DNA of 64,000 bases from Camelus dromedarius (Eukaryota): positions 47,804,001 through 47,868,000 of the forward strand of contig NC_087437.1 in NCBI RefSeq assembly GCF_036321535.1, read 5' to 3'. This document shows positions 1 through 49,100 of the stretch, one piece after another. Below the pieces are notes generated by a model. That model was not told the DNA's origin. It did not search any database and saw only the letters and a program-made list of their open reading frames with translations. The first letter of the stretch is position 1, and every line of letters starts with the position of its first letter. The position numbers and the translations under genes are program-made.

Positions 1-160
1 CCACCAATAAACAGTTTTCTCAACTGCTCTGGTTCCTTTGGATCATGGCCCTCCTCCCCGCGGCGGTGGCGATGGCGGGAGTCGGGCTCAGGCTACCGGG
101 TGGCGGTTTTACCTCCATTTTGAGACCGGACTCACCTCTTCCAACTCGAGTTCAATATGG
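1..160. promoter_or_regulatory. 3' edge of the ACTL6A promoter CpG island (in intron 1)
   Basis: CpG-rich stretch (CGGCGGTGGCGATGGCGGG) with YY1-like GATGGCGG and CCATTTT motifs, dropping abruptly to AT-rich sequence. Confidence 0.55.
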
Positions 161-684
161 GACTGAGAGGAAGAGGCCAAGAATTGATTTTTCTTTATTT
201 TAAAAATTATTATTTGTTTGGTTTTTGAAATACTTTAAACATACTAAAAATAAAATCTGTATATAAGTTCATATGTGATTCTTCTGTACTCACTACTGAG
301 ATTAAGTAAATGTAATATTTTGTCATATTTGCCTCATATTTTACAAAATGTTATTGATATAGATTCTCCTTTCTGCCCCCTGAGAGGTAATCAGTAAGCC
401 GAACTTGGTATGTAATACTCCCAATCCTATGCATATTTTTATACTTTATTAAGTGTGTGTGAATCCATAATGAATTAAATAGTATCAAAATATGTGTGCA
501 TAGTAAATAGTTTTTTAAGCTAATTCTTTTGAGATTTATCCATGTTGATACATGCAGATCTAGACTATTCGTTTTTAACTACTATGTAGTATTTCACTGT
601 ATGAATAAACTGTAGTTTATCTGTTTCCCTACTGAGAGGTCATTTAATCCTTCTGCCCTTTCCTGTGGCAAGCAGTGTGATGGT

Positions 685-860
685 AATAATTACAATGGCA
701 GCTACCACTTACTGTGTTTGTTATGTGCCAGGTAATGTTCTAAGTGCTTACATACTTAGAGCATCCTGTGAGGTAGGAACTATTATTATGCATATTTTAC
801 ATATGCATAAACTGAGGCAAGATAGTAAATCAACTGAGGTCACATAGCTAGTGAACGGTC
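685..860 (-). mobile_element. MIR SINE fragment
   Basis: MIR core motifs TGTGCCAGG...GTTCTAAGTGCTT...ATTTTACA...AAACTGAGGC...GGTCACATAGCTAGT. Confidence 0.75.
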
Positions 861-2178
861 TCATACATGTCTCCTTGTGATATACTTAAGAGACTTTCTC
901 GAGGGAAGATAAAAGTGGAATTTCTATATATGCACATTTTCAACTTTAGTGTATATGACTGAATTGTCCATAGTGGTTGTACTGGTTTACAACTTTTAAC
1001 AGCAAATGTATAAGGGTTCCTTTTTCCCTGTCTTTGACAACACTTGGTCTTATCAGACTAACTAATTTTTGCTAGTTTAATGGAGCTGAGTAGTTTTTCT
1101 TTATTATCTTTAATGATTGATTGAAAAAATCCTTCTTTGAAAAATCCGTGCCTAGAAAACCCAAGTGCTTTGTTTTAGGAGCATGCTGTTTTGGGTGAAG
1201 TATTTTTAAAGTATAGAGGCTTTTCTCTGAATTTGAATATGAAAAAAATACCAGCATTCTCGCTCAGCATTCAACTTTTTATCTCATACACATCTGTGAA
1301 ATGTGCAAACTTTGATGATACCTTCATCTTAATGATTTCTACCTGGCCTGTATTGTTATACCTTGAACTTCAGGCATTCAGGTATGCTTCAGGTTCTCTG
1401 TTTTTCTTGGGTTTTTTTTGCTAAGTTTCTTCCCTATGTGCATGAAATATAATTTCCTCTAATGTATGAAAAAATGATACCTAAGTGTACTGAATATCAT
1501 TCTTTTGCCCCCTATATCTACCTTCCACCCATTTCCACCTTCTCTGTGCCCTTAAAGTCTGACCCTTCTAGACTTCATCAGTGGACTCTTCTGACTTCTG
1601 GTTTGGCCGGTGGTAGAGTAATCATACTTCCTGCTTTGTGCCACTTGTCCTGGTAAAATATTAATAGGGATTCCTATCACATTCAGAAGTGACTCAGTTT
1701 GGATGAGAAATTATAAGATCACCCTTGCCAGTGGGGAGAGAGGTTGGCATATGTTAGTCTGGTTCCTTTCCCGCAGGGTCAGCCAAGACTGCCTCCATCC
1801 CTCAACTGAAGGTCACAGATCCTGTCAGGTGCCCTCCCCACACAGCTCTCTCCAGGTTCTGGTAACAGTTTCCTCTCTGCATTTCTTCAGTTCTAAGGGT
1901 GGCTACGTATTTCTGTTATTACTAGTCATAGGGTATCATACCGTCCTTTCTGGTTTTCTATATTGTGCCTGTATCTTTGTAAATAGTCCCTTTAATCAGT
2001 AAACTCTGCTTAAGTTAACCTAATTTTAGTGTACCATCTCTTTCCTGTTTTAACTTCTACTGATATACTATGTATAACTTGATATATTTTAATTAAGTGA
2101 ACCTTTAGTTTAGGGTGTATTTAAAACTAGGTTCAAGCTAGTAATATGAATGTAATGCCTGTTTTGATTTTTATAGAG

Positions 2179-19575
<17,397 letters not shown>

Positions 19576-19937
19576 GAAGGTTCCCAAACCTCTACCTTCT
19601 GTGTCACCTTACGTTTCATAGCTTTAGTACACTCAGGAAGAGAACAACCATCTTTTGTAGAATGTTTATACATTTTTGCATATTTCAATTTCCACTTAAA
19701 TTTTTTAAGGCTTTAACTGGCTCTATAAATTAAAATAAGTTTGTGCTTTCCTTGAAATGCACTTATTCTTATTACAAGCATTTTATAATTTTGTATAAAT
19801 GTCTATTTTCTCTAAATATTTTGCTTTCAGTAAAATGTTTTCCAACTCTGTTTAGTATATTACCAGTGGATTGGTAGAATTACTTTTTATTGACTAGTAA
19901 AATTTATTGCCTATGCCTTTTATCTTAGGCTTGCAAA

Positions 19938-19947
19938 ATTAAATAAA
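19938..19947 (+). terminator. ACTL6A: Candidate ACTL6A polyadenylation signal (overlapping ATTAAA/AATAAA)
   Basis: ATTAAATAAA about 370 nt after the stop, followed by a T-rich tract at ~19972-19979. A proximal ATTAAA also occurs at 19729. Confidence 0.6.
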
Positions 19948-20329
19948 AATTACTAGCCATTCCAGAAATACTTTTTTTTGGACTGCTGTATTGTAACTTG
20001 CTACTTTAATCACTAAATGAATTTATCATTATTTTAAATGAAAGTACTCACTATTTATTAACAGTAGAATCCACGGCCCCTTCGTATCTAGTAACAATAG
20101 CAGTAAAAGTATTAACCTGAATTCCAAAATTACCTTATTGCCTTTGCTGTAGAAGTTGATACCATTTTCCCACTCTAAGATACAAGAGATTAATTGAAGT
20201 CTGCTTAGATGTCAGAATTTATAAAATGGGAATTTAATCTGAAGTTATACCACATTTTGACCACTTCCAGAATTAGCATGCCATAACAACACTTAAAAAT
20301 AGTTGGTAGTCATTTGACTAAAAACACAA

Positions 20330-20335
20330 TTTATT
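20330..20335 (-). terminator. MRPL47: Candidate MRPL47 polyadenylation signal AATAAA
   Basis: TTTATT on the + strand, about 77 nt beyond the MRPL47 stop codon. Confidence 0.6.
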
Positions 20336-20411
20336 TATAAACCACTTAATATGTATTTACTTTTGTATACAGACTGTAATCCAAGAAAATGGTAAATTAA
20401 GAGTTCATATC

Positions 20412-39809
<19,398 letters not shown>

Positions 39810-40006
39810 TTTTCCGCCTAAGTAAGCAAATCGCATTTCTGCCAACAATGATGTCACTTCCTGTGTCTCTCGTCGACCGGATGCAAAGAGCAGGAATTGT
39901 CTTTGCCCTCGCTCAACATGGCCACTTTCCGGCTTCGCCCTCGGAGGTAAATTGGCTCTCTCGGCCCCCGTTACTCTCCCTCGCCCTTCTCTTGCCAGTA
40001 GTAGCC
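39810..40006. promoter_or_regulatory. Bidirectional CpG-rich promoter shared by MRPL47 and NDUFB5
   Basis: Divergent ATGs are 197 bp apart in CpG-rich sequence with no TATA box. ETS/GABPA-like CACTTCCTGT (39855), CAGGAA (39891) and TTCCGG (39927), YY1-like CAACATGGCC (39914), inverted CCAAT ATTGG (39951). Confidence 0.88.
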
Positions 40007-40130
40007 ATGGCGGCCATGAGTTTATTGCAGCGGGCTTCAGTCACTGCGATAGCGGCTCTGTCCGGTCGCCGCCTTGGCACTCAACTTGGATTTGGGGGCT
40101 TCCTCACCCGTGGCTTTCCGAAGACTGTCG
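40007..40130 (+). CDS. NDUFB5: NDUFB5 exon 1 (coding part, presequence)
   Basis: gccATGG Kozak context; ...ACTGTCG|gtgggt. Confidence 0.95.
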
Positions 40131-43100
40131 GTGGGTGCTAGCTTTGGGAGAAAGCGCGCTCAGGGGATGCGGAAGGAGAGACGGAGGACTCTTCCCGGGT
40201 GACCTTGGTGGAATCTGGAGGGAGCCGGGAGGAATTGAGGACTTGGGGCTTGCGAGACGGAGCATGGGCTTGTGAGGAGACTGAGGTTGTTTCTGAAGTA
40301 ATCAAATCGGTCATATTTAAGTTAATAGTTAGAATTTGTGAAACGCTTTGTTACTCACCTCTCCTGTTGGTGCTAATTTTCAGATCAAGCTGAGGTTACA
40401 AAGGCAAGGAGCTGAGAAAGGTTTTAATTAAAATTTTATTTTAACGTCAGAAGGAAAAGGACTATAATATTAATGCATATGTGATGGTGAATCCAGCCTG
40501 GATTGAATTCGTTTTATATTAACGCAGTCATAAAATAATTATTTTTTAATATCTTCTTAGAGAAGAAGGGACTCATGAGAAAGTTCCTCGGTCCTAGGAA
40601 GGTCAGTGCAGTAGTGGGGGGGGGGTGTTATTTGAAGCCTCTTGGAGACTGTGAGTTGATTTCTAGGAGAATGAGTAATCATAACAGCAAAACATCAAAT
40701 GCTTTGTATTCAGTGTATTTTATTCGTTATTGGATTCTGCAAAGTAAGTACACTGTTATTCCCATTTTACAGATGAGGAAACTGTGACTCAGTTGTTGCA
40801 AAAGTAATGCACTGCTGTAATAAGTTGAGTAATAGTAATGGTGGCTAACATTTATTGAGCACTTATGTGTGGGGCACCATTCTAAGATATTAAAGGTATT
40901 CATTTAACCCTCTTGATCAAGAATACACTGTAAGCTATTTGTCCTGTGCAATACAAGTAGGTACAGAGGAACTGAAATTTAAAGCTAAAAATATCTTCTC
41001 CAACTTAAAAGTATCTTTTTTTTGTTTACTGCTCTGCTCGTCTCCCAATTTAATTTGAATTATGTTGCTGGAAAACTGATGGAAAGGACCAGTGGTATTC
41101 AACACATTTCTAGCAGGAATTTGAACTTGTTGCAAAACTACATATACTAACATCCTTGATAAAATTCCTTTGTAAGCCATTTCTGACTACAAATATCCTC
41201 CTCTTCAAATACTCCTCCCCAACCCCATAGTATTTAATCATGCCTAGCTGGAAATAAACTGAGGTAAAATTTTACCCCTAGATCCTTTAGATCTAGATAC
41301 TCCCCATTCTTGGAGTTCTGGAAGGATCGTTGCAGGTAATCTATACCCTTTCCACTGGATGCAGGAAAGGATCTGATAGCTATACTGAGTGTTACGGTGC
41401 TTCAGTGGTATACCTACTTTCAAAGGTATTTTGCAAGTGAAGCCTAATCTGTCACCGTGGAATGAAAGGTTGTAATCTGTTTTATATTAATGTTTATGTC
41501 TGCACCTATGAGGATGTGAGATCCAGCAGAGTAGATGGAGGTTTTGTTTCCTCTGGAGCTAGATTGCCTGGGTTCTAATCCTGGCTCCAGAAGTTAGTAG
41601 CTGTGTGAACTTGGGTCATCACATCTTGGAAACTAAACTAAAGGCACTTAATTACTCCGAACTTGCATTTTTTCATCTTTAAAAAGAGGATTTTTATTAC
41701 AAGTGTGCTTATATTCTGTTGACTTGACAGGGAAATAAAAACTAATCTCTTTCCCTTTGACAAGGATAAACTATAGCCCTGAAATGTGTTTCTGCATAAT
41801 TTTGCATCTTTCTAGAAATGTCATTTTGAAATGTACTTGTCTCTTACCATAAAAACTGTTTAAAAAAAAAAAGATGAAAATTTAACTTACCTCAAAGGTA
41901 GTGGTGAAGAGTGAGCAGGAAAAAGCTACAGCACCGAACATTGTCTTCTACAGGGCCCTGTGGCCACACTTTTCTTAAACATCTGGCACTGTTATGTTAT
42001 CATCAGTCACCTCAGTGAAAACGTTTCTCAGAAAATAAGCAGATAAAAGTATTATACTTAATTAAACAATTTATTAACTGTCAGACATCAAGGGATTCTA
42101 GAAATGAGCTTAAGTCCTTCAGCTGCAGAGAACTTTAATGTTAAAGACTGATGTGCACATATTATGGCTTAAGAAACTGAGAAGAGTATTGAAATGATTT
42201 TATAAACAAAGTGGTGTGGGCTTAATTCAGACATGGATAGTGGGGCATGTTAATTGGATTCTGGGGATAGTTTTAACAGGTGCAATTGGCAGAAAAGTAA
42301 AGGATGTGTTTTCTGATATATCTGCATATGCAGCTCTTGGGATAGGTAGGTGTTGAGAGAGAAGGCTAAAAAAAGGGAAGTTAGGGCCAGTTTGGGGGAG
42401 GGACTCAATGCAAAGCCAAAATATCTTAACATTCTGTAGGCAGCCGAGAGTGTTTTAGCAGGAGAACAACATCAATAGTATGTTTTAGGAAGATGCTTTT
42501 GAATATTGGGTGGTTTATCAGGGATGTTGATTACTTAAGCCAGTGAGGTGAAGAGAGCATGGAAAGGAATGAAGAGCTTGAATTTTAGAATCAAGAGGCC
42601 TTGACAACTGATGAAATCAGGCGTAGGATGATGACTGAGATTTTTAGCCTGAGTAATTGAGTTGATGGTGCCATTAACTCAAAATAGTCTGAGAATAAGG
42701 GAAAGAAAATGACCAGTTTTCAGTACTGTCTTGGAGACACAAAAAAGTCTTACATTGTCTTACTTGATCCTTAAAAATATCACAATTCTCCAAAACATAG
42801 CTTTCCAGAAGTTATTTGCATTTTTAAAAAAAAACTGGTTATTTAAACTTTAGTTCCCTGTAATTAATGAATAGCTAGTTGAGAATTCCAGGCTTTAGAG
42901 AGTGGTAGAAAATGCCTATTTTTGTGACAGGAGGGTCTGAGTTCCAGAAATCCTGGCAGTCACCTGACTGTAAGCATTGTTCACCCTAATATTTTTAGAT
43001 TGTAAGCAAATGGCCATACTGCAACAACAAATCATGAAGGCTCACAATATTTGTAAAAAGTTGAGTGCTATGAAATACTCTTTAGAACAATGAATGGTAT

Positions 43101-46100
43101 GACAGTATCTATAAATTTAATGACATGAATAAGTGTTGCTTAACAATAGGGTTATTATACGGAAAGAAAGCAGTAAGTTCACATTACTAACTGCTTAATA
43201 TTGCTAGAATGCAGCCAGATCAAGCTTTTGTCTGTAGTTTTTTTTGTTTGTTGGTTACAGTTTCCATATCTATTAATAGTGTCACTCATAATCAGTTGTC
43301 CCTAAAATCACACAGTTTGATCCTTAGTTCTTATCTCTGTGCATCTTTCTGATTGAAAGGGAAAGTTGGAAGTATATGTCCCTTCTGAGAAGATTTACTT
43401 TCAAGGACCTTAGAAAGATCCCCTACCAACATTTAATTTACTTAAGAAATGTAAGTGTAACAGTATTTATGGAGCTCCTACCATGTGGCAGACACTGAAG
43501 GGTTCTGGAGATACAGTGCTGAATAAGACAGTTCCTGACCTGATGGACTTTAACAAAATAATTTGGTTTAGGGCTTATTGTTCTGAAAGAGATAACCAAA
43601 TGATATTAAGGAGAATAAGTGGGAAGCCAGCTTTGCATAAGGTACTCAGAGAAAACCTCTGTGAATAAGTATTCTTAGACCTGAAGGATGAGGTGAGGAG
43701 GTAGCCATTCAAAGAGCCTGAGGAAAAGCTTCCAGGTAAAGAGGGAAGTAAATGCCAAAAACCTGAAAGTATGAAAGAGTTCTTGGCAGTGGAAGGAAAC
43801 CATTGAGATTGGTGAGTAGGAAAGGTGTGCCTTTTTATTCAGAGAGGCCATCTATTCATATTCTATGAGGGACAGGACCTTAGAAATCTATGCCAACCCC
43901 CAGTAGTATGCTAATCCTTGTTGCATCCCATTACTGATACTTGAATGTAACCTGGAGTGGGGAATTGGGGAGGCAGTCCAGTATTCTGTTCAACCACTGA
44001 AATTGTTAGAAGCTTCTTCCTTGTATTAAGCTGAAAATTACACATTAATCCTAGTTCTTCCTTTCAGGTCAACACAGAATAGTGTAAGCCTTTAGTCATT
44101 GGACAACCCTTCGGCTATTTAAGGCCAGTCATCTGATTTCTATCCTGACTCTTTGGGCCAGTCAGCTTCACTTCTTTCAGTTTCGGTAGGTTCAGTTTCC
44201 AGGTTGTTTGCCATCCTTGTTGCTTAACTTGGGGCATACTCCAGACTGTCCCTCTGAAACAGTGTCCTCTGGGAGGGACACACTTACGCAGGTCTAGGTA
44301 ATGGATGGGAGTGGGGCTCCTCTTGTATTGACCTCGTATTTCTGGTACATCAGATTAAGATTGAATTACCTTTGGGGGTTCTTTTTGTTTGTTTTTTGGG
44401 GTAGTTTCTTGTTGTTGTTGTTGTTTGTTTGTTTGTTTTTAGTAACCACATCACACCAATGACTTTTCTTAAGTTTGTGAGCAGCTAAACTTCTGGAGGA
44501 TTCAGGCAGGACCTTCCACTTTCTATACTTAATCCTTTTAGATTCAGTTTTTTATAAATGTGTAGGAAGACTTTTTGGGGGGATCTCATTTCATCATCAG
44601 GGTACCCACTCTTGTAACTGTAGTCTTGTATCTTCAGGAATGCCATCTCCACCTCATCCAGGCCATTCATAGAAATCTTGAGACAGCCCTTTGGCAGGTT
44701 ACTGCATTAAGTGATCAGCACCTTTTGGGTATAATCAATCAACCAATTACCTATTACAAATTTCATCTAACTTACTACTTCTGTCGGCTTATAATGGGCC
44801 TTCCTGGTACCCCCCCAACTCCACTATCCTGTCTAAAGAGAAACTTCTGGGCATATTCTTTTCTGACACTGCATCCTTCTTCTTTCTTTTCTTGTCCTGA
44901 TAGATTTATAATTATGTTACCTATTTGTTTCTCCCAGCAGGATCTATATTCCTCTTATACTGTAGGCCTAGCGTAAGACCTGTACATAGTAGGCACTAAA
45001 TATTTATTGAATTAATGAGCAGTTTGTACTGTTATCCAGCCCATTTTTTCATCTAGTCCACAAAAATTTCCATAATATCTTACACATAATGTGCTGAAAT
45101 ACGTACTTACCTTGTCAAATTCTCTTGTTATTTTAAAAGTCTTAATGGTATTATTTATGCTTAGTAAATTCATGCCAACTTCCAATTCTCTTGTGAAGTA
45201 ACCTCCTACATTCACTGCAGGCTGCTGCAGATGATACCAACATTAAAAAGACAGTTCCTGCCTTCAAGACAGTTATGTTTCAGTGGGAGCAGTGAAATCA
45301 AGTATACACATCAGTAAAATACATAGCAGTTCAAAAGCAGGAGAGCTCTCGTCTAGGTGGGACGCATGTTGGTTTCTTGGAGGATAAGATGTCATCTGGG
45401 CCTAAAGAATAGATTTTAGGAGAGGTGAGAGCATTTACATTTAAGCATCAACACAGGATACAAATCTTTCTGCCATCTGTTATGACTGAAATCCCTTTAA
45501 TAGGAAATTAGTTTTTTATTCTGCAGTGACTCATGGGAAATTTCCTTGAATGAGGTTATGCAGCTGAAAGACAGTAACTCCCAGTTTCTCAGTAATGTTA
45601 GATGCTTTCCTGCTTTTAACAGAAAGCTCTTGGAGTGGACATAGTATCCTTTCAGAGTTCCAAGAAAGGGAATTCATGTAGATAGATGATCCAAGCACAA
45701 AAGTTTTGTCTCAGTTTATCTCCAGCAAGGCTTGATTAAATACCGTCTGGGAGAGGATTTGAGGAAGAGAAATTCACAGTAACAAATGGCTTAAAAAGGG
45801 ATTTTATCAAGATATATTAGAGTGTTAACTTTTAAACATGTTCAAACTCCTGCTGGAGATATGTTGAATAAATATCTTTACATTTATTTTGCATCAAGTC
45901 CCTAATACATATTGCCTCATCATACGAAATGGTATAATTTAAGTTAATTTCTTTTGCAACATTATCAGATATTTTTTGCAGAGGTAAACAAAGATAAGTA
46001 GCCCACCAGGAGTATCTGATCTCCCTGCCTGCTACTGAAACCTATTATTTAGATGTTGCTTTAACATTAAATAAAAATGAAGAAAGCTATAGTTTAGAAC

Positions 46101-49100
46101 AGTACATCAGAAATGTCTGTTTAGAGATATCTTATCTGCCCTGCCTTTAGTACTCAAAGAAGCTTGCATTTTTAATCTCAGGTATGTATATTTGGAGGCA
46201 GAGAAAGGATGCTTTATTTATCTTAATCCATATCCGTTATTTATGCATGTACATCTTCTTATAATCTGATTTTATCTCAAAATATAACAGTATAAACCTT
46301 GTGTATAACAGGGTAATTTAATATTTCCAGCTCCTGTGCGACACAGTGGAGACCATGGGAAAAGACTATTTATCATCAAGCCCTCTGGATTCTATGACTG
46401 GCGTTTTTTGAAATTAATGGTGAGTTAAAAGTTTTGTTGAACTAAACTCTTTACTTAGGAAGAGGAAATTTTTTTCCTATTTAGAAAACATCTTTCATTT
46501 TATGAAAGATTTTATTTTATAAATTCGTATTTCTTTTCTCAACAAATATTGAAATTGTGTAGTAAGGCCTGATTTGCTACCGAATTTATTTTTAATTTAG
46601 TGAGCCTTCTCCTTTTTCAAAAAAAGTATTAATGCATAATGGAGGTAAAAATCGAACCATTTCTTTCTTCTCAAGATTATGGGGTTTTGAAATGTAACCT
46701 GTTGTTCCCTGCCCCACCCCCACATCTATAAATTACAAAGCTAAAAACAGATTCATTTGAGGATAATTATTTATATTACTAAGATATTCTTTGAATTACT
46801 GAAGAACTCATTGAAGGACTTCTTTAAATAAGTAACTCCATTATCTTGGGATATGATTTTTATTTCTTTGTGTTTAGGAACATTGGTTTCAGAGAGTGAA
46901 GCAGGGTATTGACCGTATATTTGTATCTGAAGACTCTATACAGAAGAGACTCAGAAGGTGGAAGATTGTCTGGACTCCCTGTCACTGTTCCTAAAGCTGT
47001 GACCCACCATTTGCACACTGGCTGCCCTCTAGACCTTCTCCTGCCTGTCCGTGTGCTTAATGCCCTTCTTCAGCCCACTTTTCTTGTGATGACTAACTCA
47101 ATCTCTGGAAACAGCCCTCATAGTCTTACTTTTATTCTTAATACAAGAATTTCTTTTGTTACATTGCTTTAACCAAAAAGAATGAAAAATCATGTAAATA
47201 CACATTGCATTATACTTGTACAATTAGTCTTTACTTTTTCCTTTCATTTCTGATGCTAAATATAGGCATCTAAAAACTAAAGCAAAAGAAAATTACAGAA
47301 ATAAATAATTTGGTACTGCACCTCCAATTTGGCAAGTTTATTTTACAAGAAATAGAAGGAAGTCACAAAATGAGGACAGTTTGAGAATGGGGAAGGAGAA
47401 TTAGGAAATTGTTGTGTGAAAACTTTTTTTTTAAATCTTAACAGAGATTCTACATTTTGTTGACTGGGATTCCAGTAGCGATTGGCATAACTCTGGTGAA
47501 TGTATTCATTGGTAAGTATCTCCCTCGCTGACTAAACTGGTACATTTTTAAAACCTGTGACATTAATATAAATAATAAGTTATGGATACTGTAAGGAAAA
47601 GTTCTTTAAATAATAAATAAACATAAGCATGGGAATTTATTTTAAAATAACCAAACCTTAATCTACAATAATATACAGTGGACTTTGCTTTTTTTTTTTT
47701 TTTACTTTTTTTTTTTTCACTTTTTTTTTTTCCCCCTCTGAAAACCTTTGAGGTCACTGACTCTATAGGCCACGTAAAAGGCCTTTCTTCCTCCTCCTTC
47801 TCATTTCTTAAAACTAGCTTTGAGAAGTCTGAATAAGGAAAATAGAAAGAGATAGAGGTGGAAGAGAGGCTGAGGGATAGAGTAATTTTTTTTATCCATC
47901 CTGGAACATGTAAAATGATAATCTTCTAAAAAAGAATGGATTTGTGAATGACAATAAATATTAGATTTTCCTGGGAAATTCTGCTCAAAGTGCTTCCAAT
48001 GTCTTGAATCCTAAAATATTCTGTCTAGGAGGTTTAGGGAAAACCAGAAGGAATAATATGTCTTTTATTATATCTTGTTACACTTATAAAAACAAAATGT
48101 GAACTCTTGTATAATGCCCATAGACAATGCCTTACACATAGAAGACATCTCAAAAATATCTAATGAATGAACTGATTTTCTACCAGATTGAAATTAATTT
48201 AAAATATTAGATATCTTCATCGGTACAAAATAAAAGTTTCTTTCAAACCACCAGAAGATGGTTTCTTACTTAAATAGTGAAGAATCAATATTATAAACTC
48301 CTGATACTAAAGTTGAACATCACTGTTTTCTCTTACTAGGTGAAGCTGAGTTAGCAGAAATTCCAGAAGGCTATACCCCAGAACACTGGGAATATTTCAA
48401 GGTTGGCATAGATCACTGAAAGTTATTTTCAGTTAGATGTCTTGTCAATGTACTGGTTAATGTCTTAATTTAGCAATTGTGATATAGTTTTATATTCAGT
48501 TTTTGATATCAAGTAAATGATACATTTTGTGCTCACTTTTTACAAGCAATTTGTTTTGGTAATTTTCTGCATTGTTTTATTATCTTAAGCTTTATGGTTT
48601 TTTTAAAGACTGGCTCTACACTGTGTTGTCAACCTAGCAGAGTAACAGTCCGAATTTCTCCTACCTTCAGTGGCCATAGGAAAGATTGTACTGAGACTAA
48701 TGCTCCCACATTTATTGAGCACTTACCGTGCAGCGGGCACTATGATAAATGTTTTGCAAATATTATCTCATTCCATGTAAAAGGTACTATTATTATTCCC
48801 ACTTTAGAGATAAGGAAGAGGAGGCCTGAAAGAGGTGGAGTGACCTGTCTAAGGGACAGGGCCAGTATTTGAACCCAGGCAGTCTTGACTCTAGAGTCTG
48901 CACTATTAATTAGTCACTTGACCACACTGTCACTGCTGCTAAAACCCAAAATTAATTCTGTTACTTGTACTAAATGTTGTAGTGAGATTACCTTGATTAC
49001 AGTATATCTTATCGTGTTTTATTACCTGAGTGAATTATATCTTAGAAGACAAATACTTCATTATTAAATCTTAAGGTAAGCCATACAAGTGGTTTGTTTC

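Noticed and set aside
39848..40006. In-frame upstream ATGs giving a 53 aa N-terminal extension of NDUFB5 (ORF 39848..40141)
   Set aside because: These lie within the shared promoter, probably upstream of the NDUFB5 start site. The ATG at 40007 has the strong Kozak context and starts the recognisable presequence.
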